DNA from: Shigella phage ChubbyThor
Reading direction: 5' to 3' (one strand)
DNA: 64,000 nt
Sequence record: OL615013
Below the pieces are notes generated by a model. It was not told the DNA's origin and did no database searches. It saw only the letters and a list, made by a program, of their open reading frames with translations. Numbering within the stretch: position 1 is the first letter of the stretch; every line of letters starts with the position of its first letter. The position numbers were made by a program, and so were the translations under genes. Of the stretch, positions 1 to 8,342 are shown one piece after another.

Positions 1-1734
1 GCTTCCATCATGAGCAAGTTCCCGTCGTCCTATACGTTCTTCGAACTCGGCTCGCTGAACGTACCGCCGTCGCGTGAAGACCTGTCGTATGACGAATTCA
101 CGCGTGAGACGCTCTCTGAGGAGTTTAAGGGCACCGCCAATGCAATCTTGACAGAAAAGATGCGCGACCTGGAGTTGGCGTGTAAGCGTGGTCCTCTTGC
201 CCTGTATATGGAGAAGGCAAGACTGAGCGAAATGTTCGGCAGCGGGTTCCGTAAGATGGTTGAAAAGGAATACCCGGCGGACAAGCGCTTCCACGATTCA
301 TATTATCGTTACCCGCTGCCTGTTGAGATTGATCGCGATTATGACCATACCGCTCCGTTCAATGAGCTGTCATCGCCGTTCTCTATGGAGATCTTCTATG
401 ACTGGGGTGAGTCCAGTACTTTGACCATTTCAGAAATCCAGAAGTGGATTGATCGTGGACAGCATGTTACTGTGGTGATCGAAGATAGTGTTCGTGCACG
501 TAATCTGAAGATCAAGCAGCTGAAAGATACAGGAACGATGGTCATCGTGGCCAAGCCGAACACATCCTATGTCACCAAGCGCAACCAATCTAAGGACAAC
601 CCTGCGTTCAATAATTCTCAGGCTCTCTATGATTTCTTTGAAACTTGGATTGGTAAAGAAGAAACGACGGTTGATTATCTGTGCTTCGCTGACAAGTTCG
701 TCGATTGGCTGAGTGCGGTGCTGGAGCCTGCTGAAGTCAAGTTCATGAACGAACTGACGTATGTCACGCCTCCGGTCACCAAAGACCCTGGCCTGTTTCC
801 GTTCACGTCCAGCAACTTCGACATAAAACAGTATGAAGAACTGACGGGCGACCAGATCTCAGATATTATCAACAAGGGCGAGCGCATCGTCTACATTGAG
901 GTGTCTGGCCATGAGTGTATCCATCAGGTGATGGACAGAACGTTGACGGCTGCGGCGGCTCGGGGTATTCGCAAATCTCTGTACGAGCACGCTGTCGGTG
1001 CAGACGATGAAGGCAAGCCAGTGTATATCAGCGACATGCTGAACGTTCACAAGAGGATCTTCTTAGCTCGCCGTAAATCCGTGCCAATGATGAAGAAGTT
1101 TCCAGAGGTCTTCATCCCGATCGATGAAATTCTGAAGATCATGTTGGAAAACGTGAAGCCTATGATGGAGCGCGATAGCGCCAGGCGCATACTGGAATCA
1201 CACCGCCGCATGCGCCTTGGGGCGGACCGATTAAAATACGGGAGCCGTCTGGTTCATCAGGCGTTTGGTGATGTTGAAGATGATCGTTATGGCAAATTGG
1301 TCAGTCGTTACAACAAGTTAATGAAAGTTGTGGACGATATCTTGGATGAGCAGACTATACGTCATTACCAAAGCCTGGCGAAAGCCCCAGTGTCGATCCA
1401 TGATAAACGTCGTTTTAGTCATTTCCAAGACACGATAAGTTCTCTTAACGTGAATTTGTACGCCAACGAGCGTGACGAAAAGATCTTCCGTTCAGAACAT
1501 CAGATGCTACAGATCTTTGGTTACGCTTCGGATGTGTTGCGGTCTCATGGATTTACGCCGTTTGATATATCGAGGACTCCGTCATTGAAAGCAAGGCGGG
1601 AAAACCGATTGACCATTGAGCGTCACCGTGTTATCCGGTTCTTGAAAGAGAATTACAAACCAAGCGCCCTGAACCCGATTGAAAATTCTTCGGATTACTT
1701 GGACGTTATTTCAAATTCCATCATCAGGGCATAA
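1..1734 (+). CDS. rIIA: rIIA-like protein, 5'-partial (reading frame open to window edge)
   Basis: Long ORF in frame with position 1 and no upstream stop; lies immediately upstream of a clear rIIB homolog, as in T4. No motif-level confirmation. Confidence 0.45.
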   Translation, partial: ASIMSKFPSSYTFFELGSLNVPPSREDLSYDEFTRETLSEEFKGTANAILTEKMRDLELACKRGPLALYMEKARLSEMFGSGFRKMVEKEYPADKRFHDSYYRYPLPVEIDRDYDHTAPFNELSSPFSMEIFYDWGESSTLTISEIQKWIDRGQHVTVVIEDSVRARNLKIKQLKDTGTMVIVAKPNTSYVTKRNQSKDNPAFNNSQALYDFFETWIGKEETTVDYLCFADKFVDWLSAVLEPAEVKFMNELTYVTPPVTKDPGLFPFTSSNFDIKQYEELTGDQISDIINKGERIVYIEVSGHECIHQVMDRTLTAAAARGIRKSLYEHAVGADDEGKPVYISDMLNVHKRIFLARRKSVPMMKKFPEVFIPIDEILKIMLENVKPMMERDSARRILESHRRMRLGADRLKYGSRLVHQAFGDVEDDRYGKLVSRYNKLMKVVDDILDEQTIRHYQSLAKAPVSIHDKRRFSHFQDTISSLNVNLYANERDEKIFRSEHQMLQIFGYASDVLRSHGFTPFDISRTPSLKARRENRLTIERHRVIRFLKENYKPSALNPIENSSDYLDVISNSIIRA

Positions 1735-1765
1735 TAGTCCTGTTAACCAACGTGGGAACTACAAG

Positions 1766-3328
1766 ATGAACAAGATTGACGAAAAGATCCTCAAGCATTT
1801 GAAGGCAGGCATGAGCCAGAGCGCAATTGCTACTCTGTTGGGCATACCCCGCTCGACTGTACAACGTGTTGCAGACACGGAACTCGGTGTTAACCCGTTA
1901 TCGCTGAAATCTCTGACCACTGAAGAGATTCAGCAGATTCAGGTGAAGAGCAAGGCTGGTGAAAGCAACCGCGCCCTGGCTGAGTTCTTTGCTGTAAGCG
2001 CCAAGACCATTGCTCGCGCTCTGCTGGTCCGGATTACTGAGGAGGAAAACAAGGTAACTGTGATCTCTCCTATCAAGCAGGAAGAGCAGGAAGTGTTCGA
2101 GGTCCAACCGGGCGGCACGGCCAAAGACAAAGATGACTCAGAATGGTATGTTGGGGCATATCTACCGAACCACAACAAGTATCTGTGTCTCACCAAAGAC
2201 GGTAATTTCACAGGGGCTTTCTTTGAAAAGTCTGAATTGACTCCTGTTGAAGGAAACAGCCGCGCTTTCGGCGTTGAAGCTATCGGTAAGATGGCAGAAA
2301 TTTCTGTGGCGCTGTCAGAAGGTGCGGATAAAGTTCCGAGCAACGTTGAAATCAGCGTTGTGGTTGACGGGGAAACTTATCCTGTTCGTGGATCTCTGGA
2401 TGCCCGTCGCCGTGTTGGTTACTTCGATGCCATCCTCGGCCGCACTCTGCGCCTGGCTCTGTCTTCTGTGGAATTCGCTGTCGCTATCAAAGACGTTGAA
2501 GAAGTGGCTGAAGACAAGAAGACCAAGCAGGACTTCGGCGCGAAAGACCTGGACGTGTTCCTGAACGAACACCAGATCCTGATTCTGCCTGACAGCGTTG
2601 TTATCGCGATTGATGGCAAGCCGGAAACGATCACCACTTCACATCCAGCATATGACCGCATCGTACAGGCGATCAAAGACAAAGACGTGAAGCTGGCATA
2701 CTCGCTGATGCGCCCTCGTGATGCCATCGCGAAGTACGCTGAAGGTCTGGTAGACGTGTCTGACAACCGTGTCCGCTGGTCTGGTCATGACATCACAGGC
2801 ACATCCATCGCCAAGCGTGTACTGGCGCTGATGCTGAAGGGTGACTTCCACAACCTGGACCGCATGGCGAAGTTTATGGATAAAATGTTCCAGAACCCGT
2901 CGGCTGCTCTGGTTCAGTCCGGGCGCATCTACGAGTTCATGGCGTACTCCGACATCGAGATTGACGACGATGGTGACATCATCCTCTACAAATCGGTGCG
3001 CGGGAACTACATGGACAAGTACAGCAACACGATCAGCAACGCCCCAGGCACTATCGTGCGCATGGCTCGCTCATTCGTGAACGACAACAACTCTGACCTG
3101 TGTTCATACGGTCTGCATGTGTGCTCCCTGGCCTACCTGAAACAGTGTTTCGGTTCTGTTGGCCAGCGCGTTGTTCGCTGTAAGCTGAACCCGAAAGATA
3201 TCGTGTCTATCACCAACGATTATGGCTCCAGTAAAATCCGCTGCTGCGAATACCTGGTGTTGGATGACTACACTGCTGAGTACAACCGCCAGCACAAGTC
3301 TATTGACGTCACTGGCCTGTACAAGTAA
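1766..3328 (+). CDS. rIIB: rIIB-like protein with N-terminal helix-turn-helix
   Basis: C-terminal block SVRGNYMDKYSNT..NAPGTIVRMARSFVNDNNSDLCSYGLHVCS..VVRCKLNPKDIVSI matches recalled T4 RIIB C-terminus; N-terminal HTH (SQSAIATLLGIPRSTVQRV). Start moved to ATG 1766 to avoid a 56-nt overlap with rIIA. Confidence 0.7.
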   Translation: MNKIDEKILKHLKAGMSQSAIATLLGIPRSTVQRVADTELGVNPLSLKSLTTEEIQQIQVKSKAGESNRALAEFFAVSAKTIARALLVRITEEENKVTVISPIKQEEQEVFEVQPGGTAKDKDDSEWYVGAYLPNHNKYLCLTKDGNFTGAFFEKSELTPVEGNSRAFGVEAIGKMAEISVALSEGADKVPSNVEISVVVDGETYPVRGSLDARRRVGYFDAILGRTLRLALSSVEFAVAIKDVEEVAEDKKTKQDFGAKDLDVFLNEHQILILPDSVVIAIDGKPETITTSHPAYDRIVQAIKDKDVKLAYSLMRPRDAIAKYAEGLVDVSDNRVRWSGHDITGTSIAKRVLALMLKGDFHNLDRMAKFMDKMFQNPSAALVQSGRIYEFMAYSDIEIDDDGDIILYKSVRGNYMDKYSNTISNAPGTIVRMARSFVNDNNSDLCSYGLHVCSLAYLKQCFGSVGQRVVRCKLNPKDIVSITNDYGSSKIRCCEYLVLDDYTAEYNRQHKSIDVTGLYK

Positions 3329-3345
3329 TCTTCAGTAAACCTACA

Positions 3346-3370
3346 AGGGGGCTTCGGCCTCCTTTTCTTT
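3346..3370 (+). terminator. Rho-independent terminator after rIIB
   Basis: GGGGGC-TTCG-GCCTCC hairpin (one G-U pair) followed by TTTTCTTT, 18 nt after the rIIB stop. Confidence 0.6.
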
Positions 3371-3379
3371 GAGGTCGAT

Positions 3380-3685
3380 ATGTTAACCACTGATGTCTAC
3401 TTCAAATATGCCCAGCAAGCATATGGACCACACCGCCGGATAACGAAGTTCCTGATTGACTCTTTCCAATTCGAAGGAGAGACCAGGGAATACTCCCACA
3501 AACAATTCCCTCCCCGTGAAGTGCATGGCGACCAGTTCGTGAAGTTGTTCTGTCGCTGTGGTGGTTGTGACTTCACAGATGATGGGTATGCAATGCACGT
3601 ATACTGCTGCAATTGCTGTGGTAAATACATAACAGTCTATAGGAGAACCAATCATGGCGAAGAAACCCGAAACCAAGAAAGTTGA
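3380..3685 (+). CDS. Small Cys-rich hypothetical protein (possible zinc binding)
   Basis: ORF with GAGG 6 nt upstream; CRCGGCDF...CCNCCGKY cysteine clusters. 3' end overlaps next gene by 32 nt. Confidence 0.35.
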   Translation: MLTTDVYFKYAQQAYGPHRRITKFLIDSFQFEGETREYSHKQFPPREVHGDQFVKLFCRCGGCDFTDDGYAMHVYCCNCCGKYITVYRRTNHGEETRNQES

Positions 3686-4079
3686 AACCGCAACTACAGC
3701 CCCCGTTGATGACATCCAGGCGAAGGAGGAAGGTGTGTTACCCACCTACCTGCAACGCGCTGTGGACAACATACCTACAGGCGGGGATGGAGGCGTCGTC
3801 TACGCTGGCGGGTACGGTTGGGTGTGCGAATACCAAGACGGCACCAAAGAACTCCTTCAGGAGCTTCCAGGACTGGCGTCCACGCTGAAGCGTTATGGTC
3901 GCGACAAGTATGGCAAGCCGTTTGAGAAGGGCGCTGTCGTCTCCACCAACATTACTGCAGATACTCTGAACCTTCTGGGCGTGGACGACCTGAAGCTGCT
4001 GGCTGAACCTTTGGGTATCACAGTAGAAGATCGCATTACGTTGATTGCTCAACTGATCGAAAAATTGCAGATTAAATAA
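3654..4079 (+). CDS. Hypothetical protein
   Basis: ORF with strong SD (AGGAGAA, 6-nt spacer) before ATG 3654. Confidence 0.5.
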   Translation: MAKKPETKKVETATTAPVDDIQAKEEGVLPTYLQRAVDNIPTGGDGGVVYAGGYGWVCEYQDGTKELLQELPGLASTLKRYGRDKYGKPFEKGAVVSTNITADTLNLLGVDDLKLLAEPLGITVEDRITLIAQLIEKLQIK

Positions 4080-4108
4080 AGCAGTGTACAACAGCTGAAT
4101 TAATCTAT

Positions 4109-4501
4109 ATGGTTATCGTTGACGAAAGCAATCTGATAGAGTATGCCCTGAGGCATTACATTGTTGATTCTATCTCACGGGATGAGTTGCTGACAGACAT
4201 ACAGCGAATTTCGCTAATTAACCAATCATTGAAGAGATTTGTGCCTGGCAAGAGTCCAAGGCTCATATTGAATCAGCTGATCACTCTCTTCAATACGTTC
4301 GAAGCAGAAGCAGTCTGTCGTATGCTTGTGTTGAAAACGGATAAGTCTCAGCTTCCGCGCCTCAAGGCTGCTTTGTTGACGTTAGGCGTATGGCGTGATG
4401 ATTTATGTTCCGGTTCATACGAACCAGATAACGAGCTATTAATGGCTCTGAACAACGATTTGGGCGAGTGGAGGAAACCATGCCAACAATCACTGTATTA
4501 G
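4109..4501 (+). CDS. Hypothetical protein
   Basis: ORF in a co-directional block; no clear SD. Confidence 0.35.
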   Translation: MVIVDESNLIEYALRHYIVDSISRDELLTDIQRISLINQSLKRFVPGKSPRLILNQLITLFNTFEAEAVCRMLVLKTDKSQLPRLKAALLTLGVWRDDLCSGSYEPDNELLMALNNDLGEWRKPCQQSLY

Positions 4502-5289
4502 TAGCACCGGAAGTTGTTCGCAACAAACCGGAAACCGAGCGTCTGCACACCGTGACAGGCACTGCCAAGGGTTGGGAAAAGACCAGTCTTAACCAAGACC
4601 CTGACGAGATCCTGACCGAGTGTAAAGGCCTGGATGCACTTCTGACCAAGAGCAATCTTCAGGCTGATGGCGTGACCAAAGTTGATCCAACCAAGCCTAT
4701 CGGCTTCGAGATCTCTTACGAAATTCACGACCCAAGCGCCGTGCTGACCACTGGCCTGACCATCACCCCTGCTACTGCTGGTGGTGAAGTCGGTCAGGTT
4801 GTTGAACTGCTGGCGACCGTCGCTCCGGCGAACGCGACCTACCAGGGTGTCAACTGGTACTCTGGTGACATCACCAAAGCTGTACACATCGGCGGTGGTA
4901 AATTCAAGCTGCTGGCTCCTGGTTCTGTGACTGTGTACGGTGTTACCATCGAAGGTGGCCACACTGACTCCACGGTCATCACAGTGGCGGGTGCGCTGGC
5001 TCTGTCTACCGATCTGGCTGCTTCTCAGGATGTAACAGCAGGTGAAGACGCAACCTTCACCATCGCTGCTACAGGCGGCACCACCCCATACACATATGCT
5101 TGGTACTTCTCTGATGTCCCTGGCGGTGAAGGTGTGGTGATCGATGCTGGCGCTAACGCCACTGCTGCTACAGCAAGCCTGGTTATCACTGCAGTTGATG
5201 CCGCCGACGAGGGTGAGTACTGGTGTGTTGTTGAAGACGCCGACGGCCACTCTGTGACCTCCACCCGTTGTGAAATGGCTGTGGTCTAA
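4480..5289 (+). CDS. Ig-like domain structural protein (Hoc-like / Big_2-type decoration protein)
   Basis: GGAGG 5 nt upstream of ATG 4480; two Ig-like modules (VTWYSGD...; TFTIAATGGTTPYTYAWYF...EGEYWCVVED) typical of phage capsid/tail decoration proteins. Confidence 0.6.
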   Translation: MPTITVLVAPEVVRNKPETERLHTVTGTAKGWEKTSLNQDPDEILTECKGLDALLTKSNLQADGVTKVDPTKPIGFEISYEIHDPSAVLTTGLTITPATAGGEVGQVVELLATVAPANATYQGVNWYSGDITKAVHIGGGKFKLLAPGSVTVYGVTIEGGHTDSTVITVAGALALSTDLAASQDVTAGEDATFTIAATGGTTPYTYAWYFSDVPGGEGVVIDAGANATAATASLVITAVDAADEGEYWCVVEDADGHSVTSTRCEMAVV

Positions 5290-5291
5290 TC

Positions 5292-5522
5292 ATGAAGGGC
5301 TTCCAGGACTTTCTTGAAGACTCGGCAGCCCCTGGCACCACTACCACCGATGTGGGGAAACCCGAAGGTGGTATGGTGAAAGAGCCTGTCAAGAAGCCCA
5401 AGGATCTCGAGGAAGAACAAGAGCAGACCGACTTCCAAAAGATCTTTGGAAACATCTTCAAAGACCTCGACCTGAAGAATGCACGAAAGTGGAACTTCAG
5501 GACAGGCAAATATGAAGACTAA
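5292..5522 (+). CDS. Small charged protein with T4 internal-protein-like N-terminal leader (MKGFQDFLED)
   Basis: Starts 2 nt after the Ig-like gene stop; N-terminus resembles the T4 capsid targeting sequence MKTYQEFIAE; followed by a terminator. Confidence 0.45.
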   Translation: MKGFQDFLEDSAAPGTTTTDVGKPEGGMVKEPVKKPKDLEEEQEQTDFQKIFGNIFKDLDLKNARKWNFRTGKYED

Positions 5523-5546
5523 AAGAGGCTCCGGCCTCTTTTTCAT
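5523..5546 (+). terminator. Rho-independent terminator
   Basis: AGAGGC-TCCG-GCCTCT hairpin followed by TTTTTCATTT. Confidence 0.65.
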
Positions 5547-5610
5547 TTCCAGCATTCGGTGTATAATGGACCCGTTCCCCATGAGCGGAACCTAACTGAG
5601 GATACACCAA

Positions 5611-6123
5611 ATGCAATCCATGATCAAACGTAAAGTAGAAATCTCCCTGAATGCCCATGTTGAAATGATCCAGCAGCTTGTGTCTGACGCATATGAGATA
5701 CAAAAGGATCGCCAATCGAAGGGAGGCGTGATGGACCCCACCTGTCCCGGAAACATACTACACTATCGCATGCTGCGCTGGACTGGGCATACGGCTGCTC
5801 TGAAGAAACTGCTTTCTAAAAGATTCCAGGCCGAAAACGACGCCTATGTGTTTGGCGTCTTCCATAATTCGCGTGAACGCGATGCGCTCTTCTATCCTTC
5901 CCGCAACCCAAAGACAGGCGAAGAACTGCCTATCCCTGATGTCGACAAGGAAGAGAGCACGGCCACCATCGCCCATTTCATGGGCACGAATATCGATAAA
6001 GCAAACATCATCGTGTTCTCTGATACACTTCATGATCCGAAACGCTTGGCTGCCGCCCATGAAATGTTGCGCAATAGCCGCAGTGCTTTCACAAATTTGA
6101 CTTTAGTAGTGTTTCTGGGCTAG
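5611..6123 (+). CDS. Hypothetical protein
   Basis: ORF with GAGGA SD; perfect TATAAT hexamer at 5562-5567 upstream. Confidence 0.5.
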   Translation: MQSMIKRKVEISLNAHVEMIQQLVSDAYEIQKDRQSKGGVMDPTCPGNILHYRMLRWTGHTAALKKLLSKRFQAENDAYVFGVFHNSRERDALFYPSRNPKTGEELPIPDVDKEESTATIAHFMGTNIDKANIIVFSDTLHDPKRLAAAHEMLRNSRSAFTNLTLVVFLG

Positions 6124-6132
6124 ATAGTTACA

Positions 6133-6156
6133 GGGGAGGAAACTCCCCTATTTCCC
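6133..6156 (+). terminator. Putative terminator hairpin
   Basis: GGGGAG-GAAA-CTCCCC followed by TATTTCCC; lies between stop at 6123 and the RBS of the next gene. Confidence 0.45.
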
Positions 6157-6172
6157 TAACAGGAGGCGCACA

Positions 6173-6403
6173 ATGTACAAGTTCAGAATTAACAGAGAAC
6201 GTAATTCGTTCAAGTTCAGAATTAACAGAGAACGTAATTCGTTCAAGTTCGGTGTAGTCGCTGGAGTTTGTTTGTTCCTGGCGCTCGAAAGCGTTGTCAG
6301 CCTGCTTACAACATCACAAATGCAGGTGACTCGTTACCTACTTGCCATTATATTTTCTGCTGTCGGTTTACTCTGCTCCTATTTGGGGTGTGTGAAGAAA
6401 TAA
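6173..6403 (+). CDS. Small membrane protein containing an in-frame 11-codon tandem duplication
   Basis: AGGAGG 8 nt upstream of ATG; C-terminal two hydrophobic segments; N-terminal KFRINRERNSF repeated exactly. Confidence 0.45.
   Translation: MYKFRINRERNSFKFRINRERNSFKFGVVAGVCLFLALESVVSLLTTSQMQVTRYLLAIIFSAVGLLCSYLGCVKK
6178..6250 (+). repeat. Perfect 33-bp direct tandem repeat (2 copies plus 7-bp partial third)
   Basis: caagttcagaattaacagagaacgtaattcgtt at 6178-6210 and 6211-6243, then caagttc; in-frame inside the ORF. Confidence 0.9.
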
Positions 6404-6445
6404 ACTGGCTGCACACAGCAATACTTTGATTTGAGAAACTACATC

Positions 6446-6934
6446 ATGATGCTGTTAATGAGCGTTCCACAGAACAAGATGACCCCTGAAACAGAGGGTA
6501 AGAATCACTTCAACATCTACAGCCAGAGCCAAACGGAACTCGGGCGCTTCCTCTCGCATTTTGCCCATCATCCAGTGACTACCTATGAGCACGGCGTGTT
6601 CAACTCCATGGAAGGCTACTGGTATTGGCTAAAGTACAGGGATGACAACCTGCGCTTGCTCGACGGCTACGAAGCCAAGCAATATGGGCAGGGGTTGGCG
6701 GCCACTCGCATCGCTGTCCTTGATCCATCATCCGAAGAATTCAAGCGGGACATTCTGTTTGCCACCAGCATGAAACTCCAGACAATGCCCGACCTGCTGA
6801 AGATCAGATTGGCGTACAGTCGACTCCCTCTGATCCATGCATACGTTCGGAACGGGAAATATAGTTTTCAAAACTCTATGGACTATATCATTGCACACAT
6901 TAATCGTCTCCGCATACAAGGAACTCTGAAATGA
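6446..6934 (+). CDS. Hypothetical protein
   Basis: ORF-track start is TTG at 6431; first ATG at 6446 used. No recognised motif. Confidence 0.4.
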   Translation: MMLLMSVPQNKMTPETEGKNHFNIYSQSQTELGRFLSHFAHHPVTTYEHGVFNSMEGYWYWLKYRDDNLRLLDGYEAKQYGQGLAATRIAVLDPSSEEFKRDILFATSMKLQTMPDLLKIRLAYSRLPLIHAYVRNGKYSFQNSMDYIIAHINRLRIQGTLK

Positions 6935-7515
6935 AATTTATACACACCATCGTCGGCACTTCCTATGATTGCACCGCACACGAGCCAAACCGCTCGCCCG
7001 TGTTTGTTCTGAACAAACTGGGTGAAGAGATCTGTGAACTGTCTGATGTGTTTCATGGTATCGGCACAGCGTCCGAACCGTTGAATGGTGAAGTTGCTGA
7101 CGTCATTATCTCTGCCATTGACCTCCTGTATGTTATGGATTTCAATGACCAACAACTGCATGGTTGCATGACCAAAGAAGAGTTGGTCGACTCGGTTCAG
7201 ACACGTTTGGGGTTGTGTGGTGATTGTTCTCCCGAATATCTTGAAGCAGATTGGTTCCGCATTATCGATCGTGAACCCCAGAAGCATCTGAACCTCATTC
7301 ACCATTACCATGGCCGGATCATCCGATTATGCAATCAGCCTTATCGTAGCCAAGACATTCTAGAGAGGCTCGTTGCTAATTTGATCAAACATGTCGCACG
7401 GATGGCTTGCGGTGAAGGTGCCTTGCACAGCGTGAATATGTTGAGTACCCACATCAAAGTAGAGCACGCCATTGAACACAAAGTTGAAAAGTGGCGCATT
7501 AAATTTGGCCTATGA
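6931..7515 (+). CDS. Putative MazG-like nucleotide pyrophosphohydrolase
   Basis: AAGGAA SD; ATGA overlap with upstream gene; LGEEICELSDV...GEVADVIISAIDLL resembles the MazG EExxE/ExxD motif pair. Weak. Confidence 0.35.
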   Translation: MKFIHTIVGTSYDCTAHEPNRSPVFVLNKLGEEICELSDVFHGIGTASEPLNGEVADVIISAIDLLYVMDFNDQQLHGCMTKEELVDSVQTRLGLCGDCSPEYLEADWFRIIDREPQKHLNLIHHYHGRIIRLCNQPYRSQDILERLVANLIKHVARMACGEGALHSVNMLSTHIKVEHAIEHKVEKWRIKFGL

Positions 7516-8342
7516 AATACAAAATAATTTTGGATGCTCTTATACAGAGAGCAAAACTTCGAGGTAGAATGGAAGGCGTTTATCAAGAACGCCACCACAT
7601 AATCCCTGTGTGTTTGGGTGGAACCAACCATTTTTCCAACCTTGTGTGGCTCACGCCAGAAGAACATTATGTTGTTCATCACCTGCTTTGGAGGATAACC
7701 CCGCTTAACCCCGGAGTGAGGAAAGCTTGGACTGGGATGAACAACATGTCTAGGAGCAACAAAGAATTTGGGGAATTCAGGAGAAATAATTCCACCAGAA
7801 TGAAAGAAGTGATGTCATCTGATGAACAAAAGGAACGTTGTCGTAAGCAATCCAAGAAAAACTCATTGAACCCAGAAGTGCAGAAGAAACGTGCGGGTAG
7901 CTTGAGAGGTTACACTTGGGATGACGAATCAAGGCGCAGGTTGTCAAAATCCAGGAAAGGGATACCACACTCCGAAGCACACAAAGCCAACCTTACCAAA
8001 TCAGTCACCGAACGGATGAGGCGACCAGAAGAAAGGGAGAGGTATTCTGCTATGTGGCGCCAGAACAATCCCATGAATAACATACAACCTTGGGAACACC
8101 CGACTGTCGTAAAGACGGGTAAATCCCGACAATGGCTCCTGGCTGGTGAATTCTTTGAATGGTGGTGTGGTAACGGTGAAGACAAAGTGAAGAACCGTTA
8201 TTGTTTAATGTTGAAAGAAACCGGGTTAAGCTCTGTGTGTTCTAAGGCCACAGCTCAAACTTGTATATCTAAATTTCAGAAAGGTTGGATACCAAAAGAA
8301 GATCCCGCCTGGTTGAAATTTTACGGAGATAATAATGGTTGA
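7512..8342 (+). CDS. HNH homing endonuclease
   Basis: HHIIPVCLGGTNHFSNLVWLTPEEHYVVHHLL HNH motif; start and stop both overlap the neighbouring genes; paralogous to ORFs at 24926-25621 and 52872-53531. Confidence 0.75.
   Translation: MKYKIILDALIQRAKLRGRMEGVYQERHHIIPVCLGGTNHFSNLVWLTPEEHYVVHHLLWRITPLNPGVRKAWTGMNNMSRSNKEFGEFRRNNSTRMKEVMSSDEQKERCRKQSKKNSLNPEVQKKRAGSLRGYTWDDESRRRLSKSRKGIPHSEAHKANLTKSVTERMRRPEERERYSAMWRQNNPMNNIQPWEHPTVVKTGKSRQWLLAGEFFEWWCGNGEDKVKNRYCLMLKETGLSSVCSKATAQTCISKFQKGWIPKEDPAWLKFYGDNNG

Noticed and set aside
1679-1765. ORF-track start for rIIB at 1679
   Set aside because: Would overlap rIIA by 56 nt; ATG at 1766 gives an N-terminus aligning with the T4 RIIB HTH.
6178-6250. 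Possible CRISPR-like repeat
   Set aside because: Two and a fraction directly abutting identical units with no spacers, inside a coding frame; it is a tandem duplication.
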